Program-made: the position numbers and the translations under genes | Notes under the pieces: generated by a model | Database searches by the model: none | The model's input: the letters and a program-made list of their open reading frames with translations, nothing else | What the model was told of the DNA's origin: nothing | From: Candidatus Pollutiaquabacter sp. | GTDB taxonomy: Bacteria > Bacteroidota > Bacteroidia > AKYH767-A > 2013-40CM-41-45 | Assembly: GCA_947465495.1 (NCBI GenBank) | Contig: CANIAS010000002.1 | Coordinates: 14,274 to 78,273, forward strand | Direction: 5' to 3' | DNA: 64,000 nucleotides | Shown here: one piece after another, positions 1-9,727 of the stretch | How the letters are laid out: each line of letters opens with the position of its first letter | Numbering within the stretch: position 1 is the stretch's first letter

Positions 1-1871
1 GCCATTAACACTTGACGATTAATAATTCTAACTTTTTCGCCACCGTACATCTGCTTTTCTTTTACCAGCGAGAACTCGGGTTCAATCCCGGTAGTATCGC
101 AATCCATTAACAATGCAATGGTTCCAGTAGGAGCAATGACAGTTACCTGAGCATTTCGAAAGCCATTCTTTTCACCAGACACCAACGCATCTTTCCATGC
201 AGCTGTGGCTAATTTTTTAATGGTTAGTAGGTCTATATCCAAGTCGCCCTTGATATTTTTTGTACTAATGGTCTGATTTAATTTGTCTAATTCAACCTGA
301 TGCTTTGTCAACACACGAGTCATCTCGACTTCATTTTCTGCATAGCATTTAAATGGGCCAACCACTCCTGCCATTTCAGCTGATGTCCGGTAAGCAACTC
401 CAGTCATTAAAGCAGTGATTGAAGCAGCCAATTCTCTAGCAGATTCACTATCATAGGCTATTAAATTTGACATGAACAAGGCTCCAAGATTCGTATAGCC
501 CAAGCCGATCGTCCGATAGTTATAAGAACGACTGGCCACTTCTTCAGAAGGGTATTGTGCCATTAGTACCGAAATCTCCAAGATCACGGTCCAAAGTCGG
601 CATGCATATTCAAAACCCTCAACATCAAAGCTTCCACTAGATTTAACAAAACCCATAAGATTCAAGGAAGCCAGATTACAAGCAGTATCATCCAAAAAGT
701 GATATTCAGAACAGGGATTGGATGCCAGGATACGACCACCGTTCGGGCAAGTATGCCAATCATTGATAGCTGTATCGAACTGAACACCTGGATCACCGCA
801 CTCCCATGCCGCACAAGACAACTCTTCCCAAATTTGAGACGCATTTACATAAGTAACCGTATTCGAATCGGTACGAGACGTCAGCTTCCATTTACCATCT
901 TTTTCCAATTGATAAAAAAACTCATCAGTAATTCGAACTGAATTGTTGGAATGTTGTCCGCTAACTGAAGCATAAGCTTCTCCTTCCATTCCTCCGTCAT
1001 AACCTTGTTCAATCAGCGCCTGTGCTTTACGCTCTTCTAATGCTTTCCAACGTATGAACGAAATGATCTCGGGATGGTCGATGTCCAAGCAACACATTTT
1101 TGCAGCACGGCGGGTAGTACCTCCTGAGCGGATGGCCCCTGCAGCGGCATCACCGACTTTTAAAAAGGACATAAGGCCCGATGATGTTCCACCGCCAGAC
1201 AATCGCTCATGCCGTGATCGAATAACAGAATAGTTAGTTCCTGCCCCTGATCCATATTTGAATACCCTGGCTTCGCGTAAAAAAAGATCCATAATGCCGC
1301 CTGGATTTACAAGGTCATCTTTAACAGAAAGAATGAAACACGCATGTGGCTGCGGCCGCTCATAGGCAGAAGTGGAACGCGTAACTAATTCTGTTTCCGG
1401 GTCGATAAAATAATGACCTTGAGGAGGACCTGAAATACCATACACATCAAATAATCCTGTATTGAACCACTGTGGAGAATTTGGCGCGACCTTTTGCGCT
1501 AGCATCATGTAGACTGATTCATCATAAAAGATATCCGCATCTTTTTGCGTAGCAAAATAATGATAACGTAAACCTTGATTCCTCCAGGTTGAAGCCAAAC
1601 GATGCACTACCTGCTTGACAGAATATTCCATGCCAATTCTTCCATGCGAAAGCGGAACACCCGATTTTCTAAAATACTTTTGAGCCAGCACATCCGTTGC
1701 TAATTGTGACCAGCCACTCGGAACTTCTATGTCTTTCATTTCAAAAATTACGTTACCATCTGGAGTGGTAATCTTTGAATCCCTTTTCTCAAAAGTAAAT
1801 AATTCAAATACCGGAACTTCTGAACTGGTAAATCGTCTTTGAAAATGAAGTCCGGAAGCAGAAAAATCCAT
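1..1871 (-). CDS. nrdJ: Adenosylcobalamin-dependent (class II) ribonucleotide reductase, N-terminal ~620 aa. The ORF runs off the window start, which is why it is absent from the ORF track.
   Basis: My own minus-strand translation from the ATG at 1869-1871 gives MDFSASGLHFQRRF... and continues without a stop to position 1. It contains the RNR active-site loop SNPCSEYHFLDDTACNLASLNL and a GGGTSSGLMSFLKVGD segment. There is no N-terminal ATP-cone. Confidence 0.75.
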   Translation of the reverse strand, partial: MDFSASGLHFQRRFTSSEVPVFELFTFEKRDSKITTPDGNVIFEMKDIEVPSGWSQLATDVLAQKYFRKSGVPLSHGRIGMEYSVKQVVHRLASTWRNQGLRYHYFATQKDADIFYDESVYMMLAQKVAPNSPQWFNTGLFDVYGISGPPQGHYFIDPETELVTRSTSAYERPQPHACFILSVKDDLVNPGGIMDLFLREARVFKYGSGAGTNYSVIRSRHERLSGGGTSSGLMSFLKVGDAAAGAIRSGGTTRRAAKMCCLDIDHPEIISFIRWKALEERKAQALIEQGYDGGMEGEAYASVSGQHSNNSVRITDEFFYQLEKDGKWKLTSRTDSNTVTYVNASQIWEELSCAAWECGDPGVQFDTAINDWHTCPNGGRILASNPCSEYHFLDDTACNLASLNLMGFVKSSGSFDVEGFEYACRLWTVILEISVLMAQYPSEEVASRSYNYRTIGLGYTNLGALFMSNLIAYDSESARELAASITALMTGVAYRTSAEMAGVVGPFKCYAENEVEMTRVLTKHQVELDKLNQTISTKNIKGDLDIDLLTIKKLATAAWKDALVSGEKNGFRNAQVTVIAPTGTIALLMDCDTTGIEPEFSLVKEKQMYGGEKVRIINRQVLM

Positions 1872-1898
1872 TATTGAAAATTATAAAGAAATAAACGG

Positions 1899-2774
1899 TC
1901 AAAATAGAGGAGTTCCCGATACTTGCATAGCGTGAAAAGCCAACACTGGAACTTCTGAATGATTGACTAACTTCTTGGTTAAACTTCTTGAAGTAAGTCG
2001 ATCAAAGAAATTCCGTCGACGCATTGAAACGGCAATCAAGTCATAAGATTCATTCGCACAATGGCTATTAAGTGCAACTTCTACTGATTCGCCTTTGAGC
2101 AATTGGAAGGTAATATTACTATAGGGAATACTACCCTGCACTTGTTTTTTAAACCAATCCATCAATTCAACCTCCACCGTATGCTCATCGGAAAGCTCCA
2201 CATGCGCTACAACTATTTCTGGTCCAAAATCCCGGAAATATTGCGTCAATAAATAGATAGATTGAAAATCATTGTCGGCATAATTGGTGGCAAACAGCAC
2301 TTTCTTGATTGCGTGAAAGTCTGAAACAATCGGGACAGCAATTACCGGACAACCACATTTCTCAATAATCTCCGAGGTATTACTTCCAAGCAAAATCCCT
2401 GATAATCCTCCTGCACCGTGAGTAGCCATCACGACCAAATCGAATTTTTCATCGGAAGCATAGGCAGCAATCTGATCGACCAATAAACCGGTTCCAGATG
2501 CTGTTTCCAAATTCTCAAAACCCGTTTCAACCTTAATTGCATGCTGCCAGGCCCAAAGTTGGGCGACTGCCTCCTGTTCAATTTCCGCTAAAGAGGTTAC
2601 AGCAATTAATTCCCGTTGACTAATTAAAGGGAGATGCACGGCATGAAATAAAACCACGCGACTATCCATTTTAGTAGCCAATCCTACCGCGTAATTCAAT
2701 GCTTTCCGTGAATCCTTAGAAAAATCTACAGGAACTAGGATCTTTTTAATGGGATGAATCTGATGAATTTTCAT
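1899..2774 (-). CDS. Universal stress protein, tandem UspA domains
   Basis: 291 aa. The N-terminus KKILVPVDFSKDSRKALNYA and a second half with ATHGAGG-like nucleotide-binding glycines are typical of a tandem Usp. Confidence 0.85.
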   Translation of the reverse strand: MKIHQIHPIKKILVPVDFSKDSRKALNYAVGLATKMDSRVVLFHAVHLPLISQRELIAVTSLAEIEQEAVAQLWAWQHAIKVETGFENLETASGTGLLVDQIAAYASDEKFDLVVMATHGAGGLSGILLGSNTSEIIEKCGCPVIAVPIVSDFHAIKKVLFATNYADNDFQSIYLLTQYFRDFGPEIVVAHVELSDEHTVEVELMDWFKKQVQGSIPYSNITFQLLKGESVEVALNSHCANESYDLIAVSMRRRNFFDRLTSRSLTKKLVNHSEVPVLAFHAMQVSGTPLF

Positions 2775-2933
2775 TAATTAGTATTGTCCAATAAAAGTAA
2801 GGCTCTAATTTTTCGTCGATTATGACTTAAATCATGTGCAACCACGATAAATGGTTGGAAATTCGCTAAACGTAAGAAACAAACGTCAAACTGGTGGATA
2901 TCAATTATATTTGAAGAACGTGACATCCCAATT

Positions 2934-4853
2934 ATGAATCAAAAGCGAAACGTCCTTCTTTCCGCAACCTTACTTGCCTTTGCCATTTTCTTAGGTAGCA
3001 TTTACCTGCCAAATAGCATTCACGTAGAATTCCTCTACCCACTAATCGTACTACTTTCCATAACGCTGCACGATCGCCGTTCCACGTTTGATATCAGCGT
3101 AGGACTTACTATTCTTCTTGTCCTTGATTTTTTTATTTCCTCCGATTATACCGCACTTCAAACGCGAGTTATTCCTTCGTTACTTCCGATTCTCTTCGTA
3201 TGGAGCTTTACTTTCGCAGTATTAAAATACAAGGAATCACAATTGAAATTATTGCGTAGTACAGAGCACTTGAATGCCATGTTTCAATACGCAACAGAAG
3301 GCATCTTAATTAGCAATCAAAAAGGAGAGATCATACTTTCAAATCCCATGAGCTCGAAACAATTCGGCTATGAAGAAAACGAATTGTTAGGAAAACGAAT
3401 TGAAGACCTTGTTCCAAAACGGTTTGCCGAAAAGCACCCCAAAAACAGAACGGAATACTACGGAAATCCACACAACCGACCCATGGGTCAAGGAATGAAG
3501 CTCTTTGGAAGAAAAAAGGACGATCAGGAGTTTCCCATTGAAATAAGTCTAAGTTCATTCAAAATTGGTCAGGAATTATTCGTAATCAGCTTCATTATTG
3601 ATATAACTGAGCGCCATCGACAAGAGGAAGCTATCAATAAATCCAACGAAGAACTTGAATTCCGTGTATTGTCAAGGACTATGGAATTGGCGGCGGCGAA
3701 CAAATCACTTGAACAAGCAAATGACCATCTAAAAGCTGAAATGCAAGAGCGAAGTAACGTAGAAGAAGCACTTAGAGATAGTGAAAGACTATACAGTACT
3801 ATCGCTCACAATTTTCCAGATGGTATCATTTGCGTATTAAACCATGCCTTAGAGATTGTTTTTATCGATGGAAAAGAATTGGAGGAACTTAAAATCAACA
3901 ATTCCGATATGCATGGAAAATACTGGCGTTCCCTTAATCTATGCGCTGATGACAAACGCGATTACTTAGAAAGTGTTTTTCGAAAAGTATTTTCCTGGGA
4001 AAATGCAAACATGGAATGTGAATACAATCATCGTAATTATGCCTTAAATGCTGTTCCGCTACCAGATGACCGAGGAAATGTAAAGGAAATACTGCTTGTC
4101 ATTCGCAATATTACCAGAAGAAAAATAGCCGAACAAGAAATTTTAATCTCTTTAGAGAAAGAACGTAATTTAAATGAAATGAAATCGCGTTTCGTTTCGA
4201 TGGCATCGCATGAATTCCGTACACCATTAAGCACAATTCTTTCATCTATTCAACTTGTAGATCGCTATCAGGGTGCCGAGAATCGTGATAAACAGCTAAA
4301 ACACATTGATCGTATTAAATCTTCGGTTAAAAATCTTACTGAAATTCTAAACGATTTCTTGTCACTTGAAAAATTAGAAGCAGGAAAAGTAGAAGTACAA
4401 CTCAACAATGTAAACCTTGTAGAATTCTGCCATGAAATGAGCGAAGAGTTACAAGGAGTAGCTAAGGCTGGTCAGAAAATCATCTACACACATCAGGGAG
4501 GCGACAAAGTAATCCGTACCGACAAACAACTTTTGCGCAACGTGCTTATCAATCTACTTAATAATGCCATTAAATATTCCAAGGAAAACGAAAACATATA
4601 TTTCACGTCACTGGTCAACCATGAAATCTGCATAAACATTTCTGATAACGGAATTGGAATTCCCTTCGATGAACAACCTCAGCTTTTTGAACGTTTTTTC
4701 CGTGCCACCAACGCCAACAACATCCAAGGAACAGGACTAGGGCTTAACATTGTACAACGATATACTAAATTACTTCAGGGAAATATTTCTTTTACCAGTC
4801 AAGAAAACAAAGGAACTACATTCACCGTCCAATTACCTAACATTTTAAACTAA
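2934..4853 (+). CDS. Membrane-anchored PAS/PAC sensor histidine kinase
   Basis: 639 aa. It has 3-4 N-terminal hydrophobic helices, two PAS-like segments, the H-box SMASHEFRTPLSTI and an HATPase_c with NLLNNAIKYS, DNGIGIP and GTGLGLNIV. Confidence 0.9.
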   Translation: MNQKRNVLLSATLLAFAIFLGSIYLPNSIHVEFLYPLIVLLSITLHDRRSTFDISVGLTILLVLDFFISSDYTALQTRVIPSLLPILFVWSFTFAVLKYKESQLKLLRSTEHLNAMFQYATEGILISNQKGEIILSNPMSSKQFGYEENELLGKRIEDLVPKRFAEKHPKNRTEYYGNPHNRPMGQGMKLFGRKKDDQEFPIEISLSSFKIGQELFVISFIIDITERHRQEEAINKSNEELEFRVLSRTMELAAANKSLEQANDHLKAEMQERSNVEEALRDSERLYSTIAHNFPDGIICVLNHALEIVFIDGKELEELKINNSDMHGKYWRSLNLCADDKRDYLESVFRKVFSWENANMECEYNHRNYALNAVPLPDDRGNVKEILLVIRNITRRKIAEQEILISLEKERNLNEMKSRFVSMASHEFRTPLSTILSSIQLVDRYQGAENRDKQLKHIDRIKSSVKNLTEILNDFLSLEKLEAGKVEVQLNNVNLVEFCHEMSEELQGVAKAGQKIIYTHQGGDKVIRTDKQLLRNVLINLLNNAIKYSKENENIYFTSLVNHEICINISDNGIGIPFDEQPQLFERFFRATNANNIQGTGLGLNIVQRYTKLLQGNISFTSQENKGTTFTVQLPNILN

Positions 4854-4860
4854 CACTACC

Positions 4861-5916
4861 ATGAAAAAAATTTTATTGATTGAAGACAACAAAGAAATGC
4901 GCGAAAACACGTGCGAAATTCTGGAACTTGCCAACTACCAGGTGATTACAGCCAGTAATGGCAAAACAGGCGTAGACATTGCGCTAAAAGAGGTGCCGGA
5001 CCTTATCATATGCGATATTATGATGCCCGAATTAGACGGCTATGGTGTCTTATATCTTATCAGCAAGAACCCTACTACTTCGGGCATTCCATTTATTTTC
5101 CTAACCGCCAAAGCCGAAAAATCAGACATGCGTAAAGGCATGAGCATGGGCGCTGACGATTATTTAACAAAACCATTTGAAGAAATGGAATTGCTTAATG
5201 CTGTGGAAGCACGTATGCGGAAAAATGAATTATTCAAACGTGAGTTTTCTAAAAACGTAGACGGTTTAAATGAGTTTCTGGCAAATGCCAAGGGGATGGA
5301 GGAGCTTACGAAATTATCAGCAGAACGTAAACCTCACCATTACAAGAAAAAAGATGCTATCTACATGGAAGGTGACGAACCAACAGGGATTGTCTTCATT
5401 AACAAAGGAAAAATAAAAACGTTTAAGTCAAACAATGACGGCAAAGAATTCATTACAGGCATATATGGTGCCGGCGACTTTATCGGCTACAACGATCTAA
5501 TAGAAAATAAAGAACACAAAGAAACAGCTGAAACATTAGAAGACAGCGAAGTGGTAATCATCCCTAAGCAGGACTTCTTCTCACTACTCTACTCCAACCG
5601 TGATGTTGCCGCTAAGTTTATCAAACTACTTTCAAATAATCTCCAAGATAACGAGGAACGACTGTTAAATCTCGCGTATAATTCCGTGCGTAAACGCGTA
5701 GCCGATGCACTACTTAATTTGCAAGGTCGGTACACAATCGCGGGAAGTCCGCAACCTTTCAATGTATCTCGGGAAGATCTGGCAAGCATGGTAGGCACTG
5801 CGACAGAATCAGTTATCAGAACACTTTCTGATTTCAAGGAAGAAAAGTTAATCGAGATAAAAGATCGAAACATAGTCATCGCCAATACCGATCGCCTTAC
5901 ACGTCTCAAAAACTGA
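4861..5916 (+). CDS. Response regulator with a REC receiver fused to a cNMP-binding (Crp/Fnr) domain and a Crp-type HTH
   Basis: 351 aa. The REC domain reads KKILLIEDNKEMRE...DLIICDIMMPELDG...LTAK. A cNMP-binding beta-roll (IYMEGDEPTGIVFINKGKIKTF) follows, then a C-terminal HTH (SREDLASMVGTATESVIRTLSDF). The start is 8 nt after the kinase stop, so the two are probably one operon. Confidence 0.85.
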   Translation: MKKILLIEDNKEMRENTCEILELANYQVITASNGKTGVDIALKEVPDLIICDIMMPELDGYGVLYLISKNPTTSGIPFIFLTAKAEKSDMRKGMSMGADDYLTKPFEEMELLNAVEARMRKNELFKREFSKNVDGLNEFLANAKGMEELTKLSAERKPHHYKKKDAIYMEGDEPTGIVFINKGKIKTFKSNNDGKEFITGIYGAGDFIGYNDLIENKEHKETAETLEDSEVVIIPKQDFFSLLYSNRDVAAKFIKLLSNNLQDNEERLLNLAYNSVRKRVADALLNLQGRYTIAGSPQPFNVSREDLASMVGTATESVIRTLSDFKEEKLIEIKDRNIVIANTDRLTRLKN

Positions 5917-5944
5917 TTCTATACTTCTTAATTAAACACACAAA

Positions 5945-5979
5945 AATCCCGGCCGAAAAAATCGACCGGGATTTTAATT
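5945..5979. terminator. Bidirectional intrinsic terminator between the convergent REC-Crp and Hsp20 genes
   Basis: An 8-bp perfect inverted repeat, aatcccgg ... ccgggatt, has an A-run upstream and TTAATT downstream. Confidence 0.5.
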
Positions 5980-5998
5980 AAAAGAACAACACCAAAAA

Positions 5999-6433
5999 TC
6001 AGGCTATGGCTATTTCTTTCACCTTCTTGGCATACACCGCCGATTTAACAATTGACAATCGTAAGACACCATTCTCATAATTCGCCTTAATATCGTCTTC
6101 TTTGGCATTTTCAGGAAGTGTGAATGACCTTGAAAAGGATGAATAATTAAACTCTTTGCGAGTATAGTTCTTATCCTTGGTTTCCTTTTCAGATTTCTTT
6201 TCAGAACTAATGGTTAAGAGACCATCTGCCACTTTAACGTGAAAATCATCTTTTCGTAACCCAGGAGCCGCAAGCTCAATATCATAGGTCTTTTCAGTTT
6301 CAGAGACATTAACCGCAGGGACCCAATCGGAAGGAAACAAATCATCAAACCCTAAATTTTCACTTTCAAAAAAATCCGAAAGCACATTACGCATTACCGG
6401 AAAATACCCGTTACTTCTTTTCATGATTGACAT
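5999..6433 (-). CDS. Hsp20 / alpha-crystallin small heat-shock protein
   Basis: 144 aa. The alpha-crystallin core (YDIELAAPGLRKDDFHVKVADGLLTISSEKK...NGVLRLSIVK) is present. Confidence 0.85.
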   Translation of the reverse strand: MSIMKRSNGYFPVMRNVLSDFFESENLGFDDLFPSDWVPAVNVSETEKTYDIELAAPGLRKDDFHVKVADGLLTISSEKKSEKETKDKNYTRKEFNYSSFSRSFTLPENAKEDDIKANYENGVLRLSIVKSAVYAKKVKEIAIA

Positions 6434-6553
6434 AATAATTAATTTTTAAGTGTTAGAATAAAAAATAAATAACACTTCAAAACTACGCGAAGGTATCACC
6501 CTAACCGATGATGCCTATCAATGTCAATTTTGATTGATATCAGCGATTTGCCA

Positions 6554-7399
6554 TTAATCTAAAGGTCGATCAGTATATTTCAGGGACAACAACGGCAGCT
6601 CCACCCTATGCGACATTAATCGTGTAACGCTCGGATGAAACATGGATTCAGGAAAATGACGTTCATGTGTAAAAAGGACCAATAAATCGATTTTCATTTT
6701 TTTAATAAATTTTTCCAGCCCTTTAGAAACCACAGTATCCTTTGCAATGTATCCTGAAATTTTAGCATATTTTACGCTAGAGCGAATACGCTTAGTCATT
6801 TTATTAATGGCAAGATCATCGTGCAAAAGATGCTTATCATCTACAAACACAAAAGAAATTTCAGCATCAAATAGCGTGGCGAACGGTATGATCATGGATG
6901 CGGCCCGTATATTGTCTTCTTTGAGATCCGTGGAATAAGCTATTTTCTTAAACCCTTTGAATTTTACATTCATTGGAACCGTTAGAACCGCACAATGGGC
7001 ATCACGAATAACTTTTGCAGTAGTGCTTCCTACCAACATTCTGCGCCATTTGCTGGTACCGGTAGCGCCGACGATAATCAAATCCACACCTTTTTCATCG
7101 GCGAATGATACGATCTGATGATAAGAAACGCCTTCCGAAGAGACAGCCTCAGCTCTCAAACCAGGATGATTGCGTTTTAATTTATTTACCAAACGTAAAA
7201 GTTTCTTTTGAGACAGTTCATGCAACTGCTTGGTAGCATCACGAACTACGGTCATCGGGGCGTCGGTAAACATGGCCGGAACGTCATAAGCATGTTGAAT
7301 AATCAAATGTGCTTCTATGCGTACTGCTAATGCAGCGGCAAAATCCGCTGCAATCAGCGCGTTTTTCGAAAAATCAACCGGACACAGGATTAGTTTCAT
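6554..7399 (-). CDS. Universal stress protein, tandem UspA domains
   Basis: 281 aa. It has MKLILCPVDFSKNALIAADFA, GATGTSKWRRMLVGS and a second Usp half. Confidence 0.85.
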   Translation of the reverse strand: MKLILCPVDFSKNALIAADFAAALAVRIEAHLIIQHAYDVPAMFTDAPMTVVRDATKQLHELSQKKLLRLVNKLKRNHPGLRAEAVSSEGVSYHQIVSFADEKGVDLIIVGATGTSKWRRMLVGSTTAKVIRDAHCAVLTVPMNVKFKGFKKIAYSTDLKEDNIRAASMIIPFATLFDAEISFVFVDDKHLLHDDLAINKMTKRIRSSVKYAKISGYIAKDTVVSKGLEKFIKKMKIDLLVLFTHERHFPESMFHPSVTRLMSHRVELPLLSLKYTDRPLD

Positions 7400-7427
7400 C
7401 GCGTGCTTTTATAAATCTTTAAATTGA

Positions 7428-7631
7428 TTAAGCACGCAATTTATTTTGCAATTGACTGCTAAGTGCGCCTATCGCTTTGGAAAGCGCAAGGAGAGAAAGA
7501 AAGATGGCCAACAAGGCCACCATTAAAACACTATAAATGCCAAAATCATCATTTTGTACTGGAGCAGTCGACTGCGCAAAATTTAACAACGGAGTAATAA
7601 GAGTAAAGCAAATCAATAATAGGCGTTTCAT
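7428..7631 (-). CDS. Small hypothetical secreted/membrane protein
   Basis: 67 aa. A signal-peptide-like N-terminus (MKRLLLICFTLITPLLNFAQS) and a C-terminal hydrophobic helix are present. It sits 28 nt upstream of the Usp gene on the same strand. Only the ORF and hydropathy support it. Confidence 0.3.
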   Translation of the reverse strand: MKRLLLICFTLITPLLNFAQSTAPVQNDDFGIYSVLMVALLAIFLSLLALSKAIGALSSQLQNKLRA

Positions 7632-7836
7632 GACGAGTTTCTTTTTAACAATAATATAGTGACTCCCTTTAACCCATCATGACGAATATCAGTAAGTACA
7701 ATGAATTTGATCAATTTTATTTGTGAACTACATGTAATACTGTTAAAAAAAAACTGTAAACATCATGCATACATCTTGATATCGCTCATAAAATAATAAG
7801 CGTGCAAAGCATAGTTTTACAAAAAATATAATTAAA

Positions 7837-8061
7837 ATGGAAACAACATCTAACAACAACGGCCGCCTATTTGCAGCGCTATTAGGCGGTTTAGCAGCAG
7901 GAGCACTGCTTGGTGTACTACTGGCACCTAACAAAGGCTCTGAAACACGTCGTAAAATTGTCGATGAGACCAAAAAAGCCGGTGACAAAGTAAAAGGTAA
8001 GTTCCGAGAAGTTTATGAGGCGGTAAGCGGAAGCGGTGGACGAATGAACGACATGGCCTAA
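7837..8061 (+). CDS. YtxH-domain general-stress protein
   Basis: 74 aa. The N-terminal Gly/Ala-rich helix LFAALLGGLAAGALLGVLLAPNKGSETRRKI is followed by a charged tail, which is the YtxH pattern. Confidence 0.7.
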   Translation: METTSNNNGRLFAALLGGLAAGALLGVLLAPNKGSETRRKIVDETKKAGDKVKGKFREVYEAVSGSGGRMNDMA

Positions 8062-8069
8062 ATTAAATA

Positions 8070-8453
8070 ATGATTACTTTGCATAGAAATCATGCAACCA
8101 TGTCCGACAGTAATCACATCGACCAATTGGTGAGCAATACCAAAGAATACCTGGAAACCAGGGTAGAGTTGGTCAAGCTACAGATGATCGAAAAGGGAAG
8201 TGAAATGAGTGGCGCTGTAGTGGCCAACCTCACATTCATTTTCCTTTTCATGATCGTCCTTTCCTTCTTTAGCATAGCAGCAGCGCTATATTTAGGTGTC
8301 ATTTGGGGCGCATATTACTATGGTTTTCTTTTTGTTGGCGCGTGCTATTTGGCCGTCTGCTTACTTTTGTATTTCAATAAAGAAAGTTGGATCAAACGAC
8401 CTGTTTCCAACACCATCATCAAGGCCGTATTCAAAGAAACCGACCATGACTGA
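8070..8453 (+). CDS. Holin-like small membrane protein (the 'phage holin family' / Holin-X-like protein that accompanies YtxH in Bacteroidota)
   Basis: 127 aa with two hydrophobic helices. The real start is probably the ATG near 8100 (MSDSNH). It is conserved next to YtxH. Confidence 0.55.
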   Translation: MITLHRNHATMSDSNHIDQLVSNTKEYLETRVELVKLQMIEKGSEMSGAVVANLTFIFLFMIVLSFFSIAAALYLGVIWGAYYYGFLFVGACYLAVCLLLYFNKESWIKRPVSNTIIKAVFKETDHD

Positions 8454-8814
8454 ACATCGAATTCGAAACATTGATGAACTGCGTTCCGAAATACGCAGAA
8501 TGAAGCACCGTGCCAATGATCAGGAAAAACGAATCGCCGAAGACATTCAAGCCATCCGAGAAAGCCTTCGACCTGAAAACATACTCATTCGAGCACTGTC
8601 TAACATAACAGGAATCCAAATCAACAAAAGTGAGTTTTTGAAGAATGGTGTGTTAATGGGCATTGGTTTACTCCTCCAGCGCTTTGCTTTCAAATCGGAG
8701 AATGCCTTAGAACATAAAGTTTATCACTGGGTTGATCGATTATTCAATAAGTTGAAATCGTATGTGGCCCGTTTTACCAGTTCTCGTTCTGAAAAGGTAG
8801 ATGCGGAAAGCTGA
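8446..8814 (+). CDS. Hypothetical protein, third member of the YtxH operon
   Basis: The ATG at 8446 overlaps the upstream stop (ATGACTGA), indicating translational coupling. The product is 122 aa, charged and helical (MTEHRIRNIDELRSEIRR...). The longer track ORF from 8296 overlaps the previous gene and is rejected. Confidence 0.5.
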   Translation: MTEHRIRNIDELRSEIRRMKHRANDQEKRIAEDIQAIRESLRPENILIRALSNITGIQINKSEFLKNGVLMGIGLLLQRFAFKSENALEHKVYHWVDRLFNKLKSYVARFTSSRSEKVDAES

Positions 8815-8818
8815 TAGT

Positions 8819-9433
8819 TCAAACATGCAAAAGTGTAATCACCTGCTCGTCATTGACCTGCGGGAAATACGTATAAAACTCGCCTACTCCGACAAATTGC
8901 TCCGGTGTGTGTAAGCAGATAAATTCATCCACTTCCTTTTGAATTCGAACTGCTGCTTCGCGTGCTGCCACCGGAACTGCCACGATAATTTTTGTAGGGT
9001 TATATTTACGCAAGTATAAAACTCCCGCTAATAATGTTCGTCCAGTTGCTATTCCATCATCCACAATGATGACGGTTTTACCCAATAAATCTAACTGAAC
9101 ACTTTCTTGACCATATAAATTAGCGCGATCCTGGAGCATCCTGCGCAATCGGTATACTTCATTCTCCAAATACAAATTTGAAACAGGCTCCACCAAATCA
9201 TCCAGTAAAACTTGATCAAGTGAAACAGCGCCAATTGCATACTCTGTATTGGTAGGATGACCAATTTTTTTAATTAACAATGGCTTCAACGGCCAATGCA
9301 AATGATCCGCAAGTATTCTTCCTATCGGAACTCCGCCTCGGGGTATTGCAAAAACAACCCCATCACCTCCAATATACTTGCGCAGTAAGGGTATTAGCAA
9401 CTCAGCCGCGTGTTCGCGGTTTCGAAACTCCAT
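8819..9433 (-). CDS. Phosphoribosyltransferase (type I PRTase fold)
   Basis: 204 aa. The PRPP-binding loop VIIVDDGIATGRT is present, with FAIPRGGVPIG before it. Confidence 0.8.
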   Translation of the reverse strand: MEFRNREHAAELLIPLLRKYIGGDGVVFAIPRGGVPIGRILADHLHWPLKPLLIKKIGHPTNTEYAIGAVSLDQVLLDDLVEPVSNLYLENEVYRLRRMLQDRANLYGQESVQLDLLGKTVIIVDDGIATGRTLLAGVLYLRKYNPTKIIVAVPVAAREAAVRIQKEVDEFICLHTPEQFVGVGEFYTYFPQVNDEQVITLLHV

Positions 9434-9450
9434 CGCTTAATACGTTTAAA

Positions 9451-9660
9451 TCACGTTCGGGGCAAGGTTGACCCGCCAAACAACGTGTATAATGGGCAAA
9501 AGGAGATAAAGCTCGTAAGCAATAACACTCCTGCTAGGACAATAAGTATAACTCCCAAAACACCAGTGACAAAATTCGACAAATACAAAGAAGCTAATAT
9601 AGCCGCTAAAAAAATTCGCAAGAAGCGATCGGTTGATCCCATGTTCTTTTTCATAGTCAT
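9451..9660 (-). CDS. DUF2892 (YgaP-like) small inner-membrane protein
   Basis: 69 aa. MGSTDRFLRIFLAAIL followed by two helices matches the DUF2892 pattern. Confidence 0.7.
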   Translation of the reverse strand: MTMKKNMGSTDRFLRIFLAAILASLYLSNFVTGVLGVILIVLAGVLLLTSFISFCPLYTLFGGSTLPRT

Positions 9661-9727
9661 TCAATTTTCTCACAATCTACAATGTGCCAGAATCCATAAG
9701 TATGACCTAAATCAGTAAATATGTAGA

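Noticed and set aside
3331-4234. Many 60-130-aa ORFs in the track lie antisense to or inside large genes (e.g. 3331-3558, 4037-4234, 5589-5909, 39435-39944, 53288-53623).
   Set aside because: These are shadow ORFs within well-supported genes on the other strand or frame, with no independent support.
8296-8814. The long form of the ORF in the track (172 aa) overlaps the holin-like gene.
   Set aside because: It overlaps the preceding gene in another frame. The ATG at 8446 gives a coupled start (ATGACTGA) and a sensible 122-aa product.
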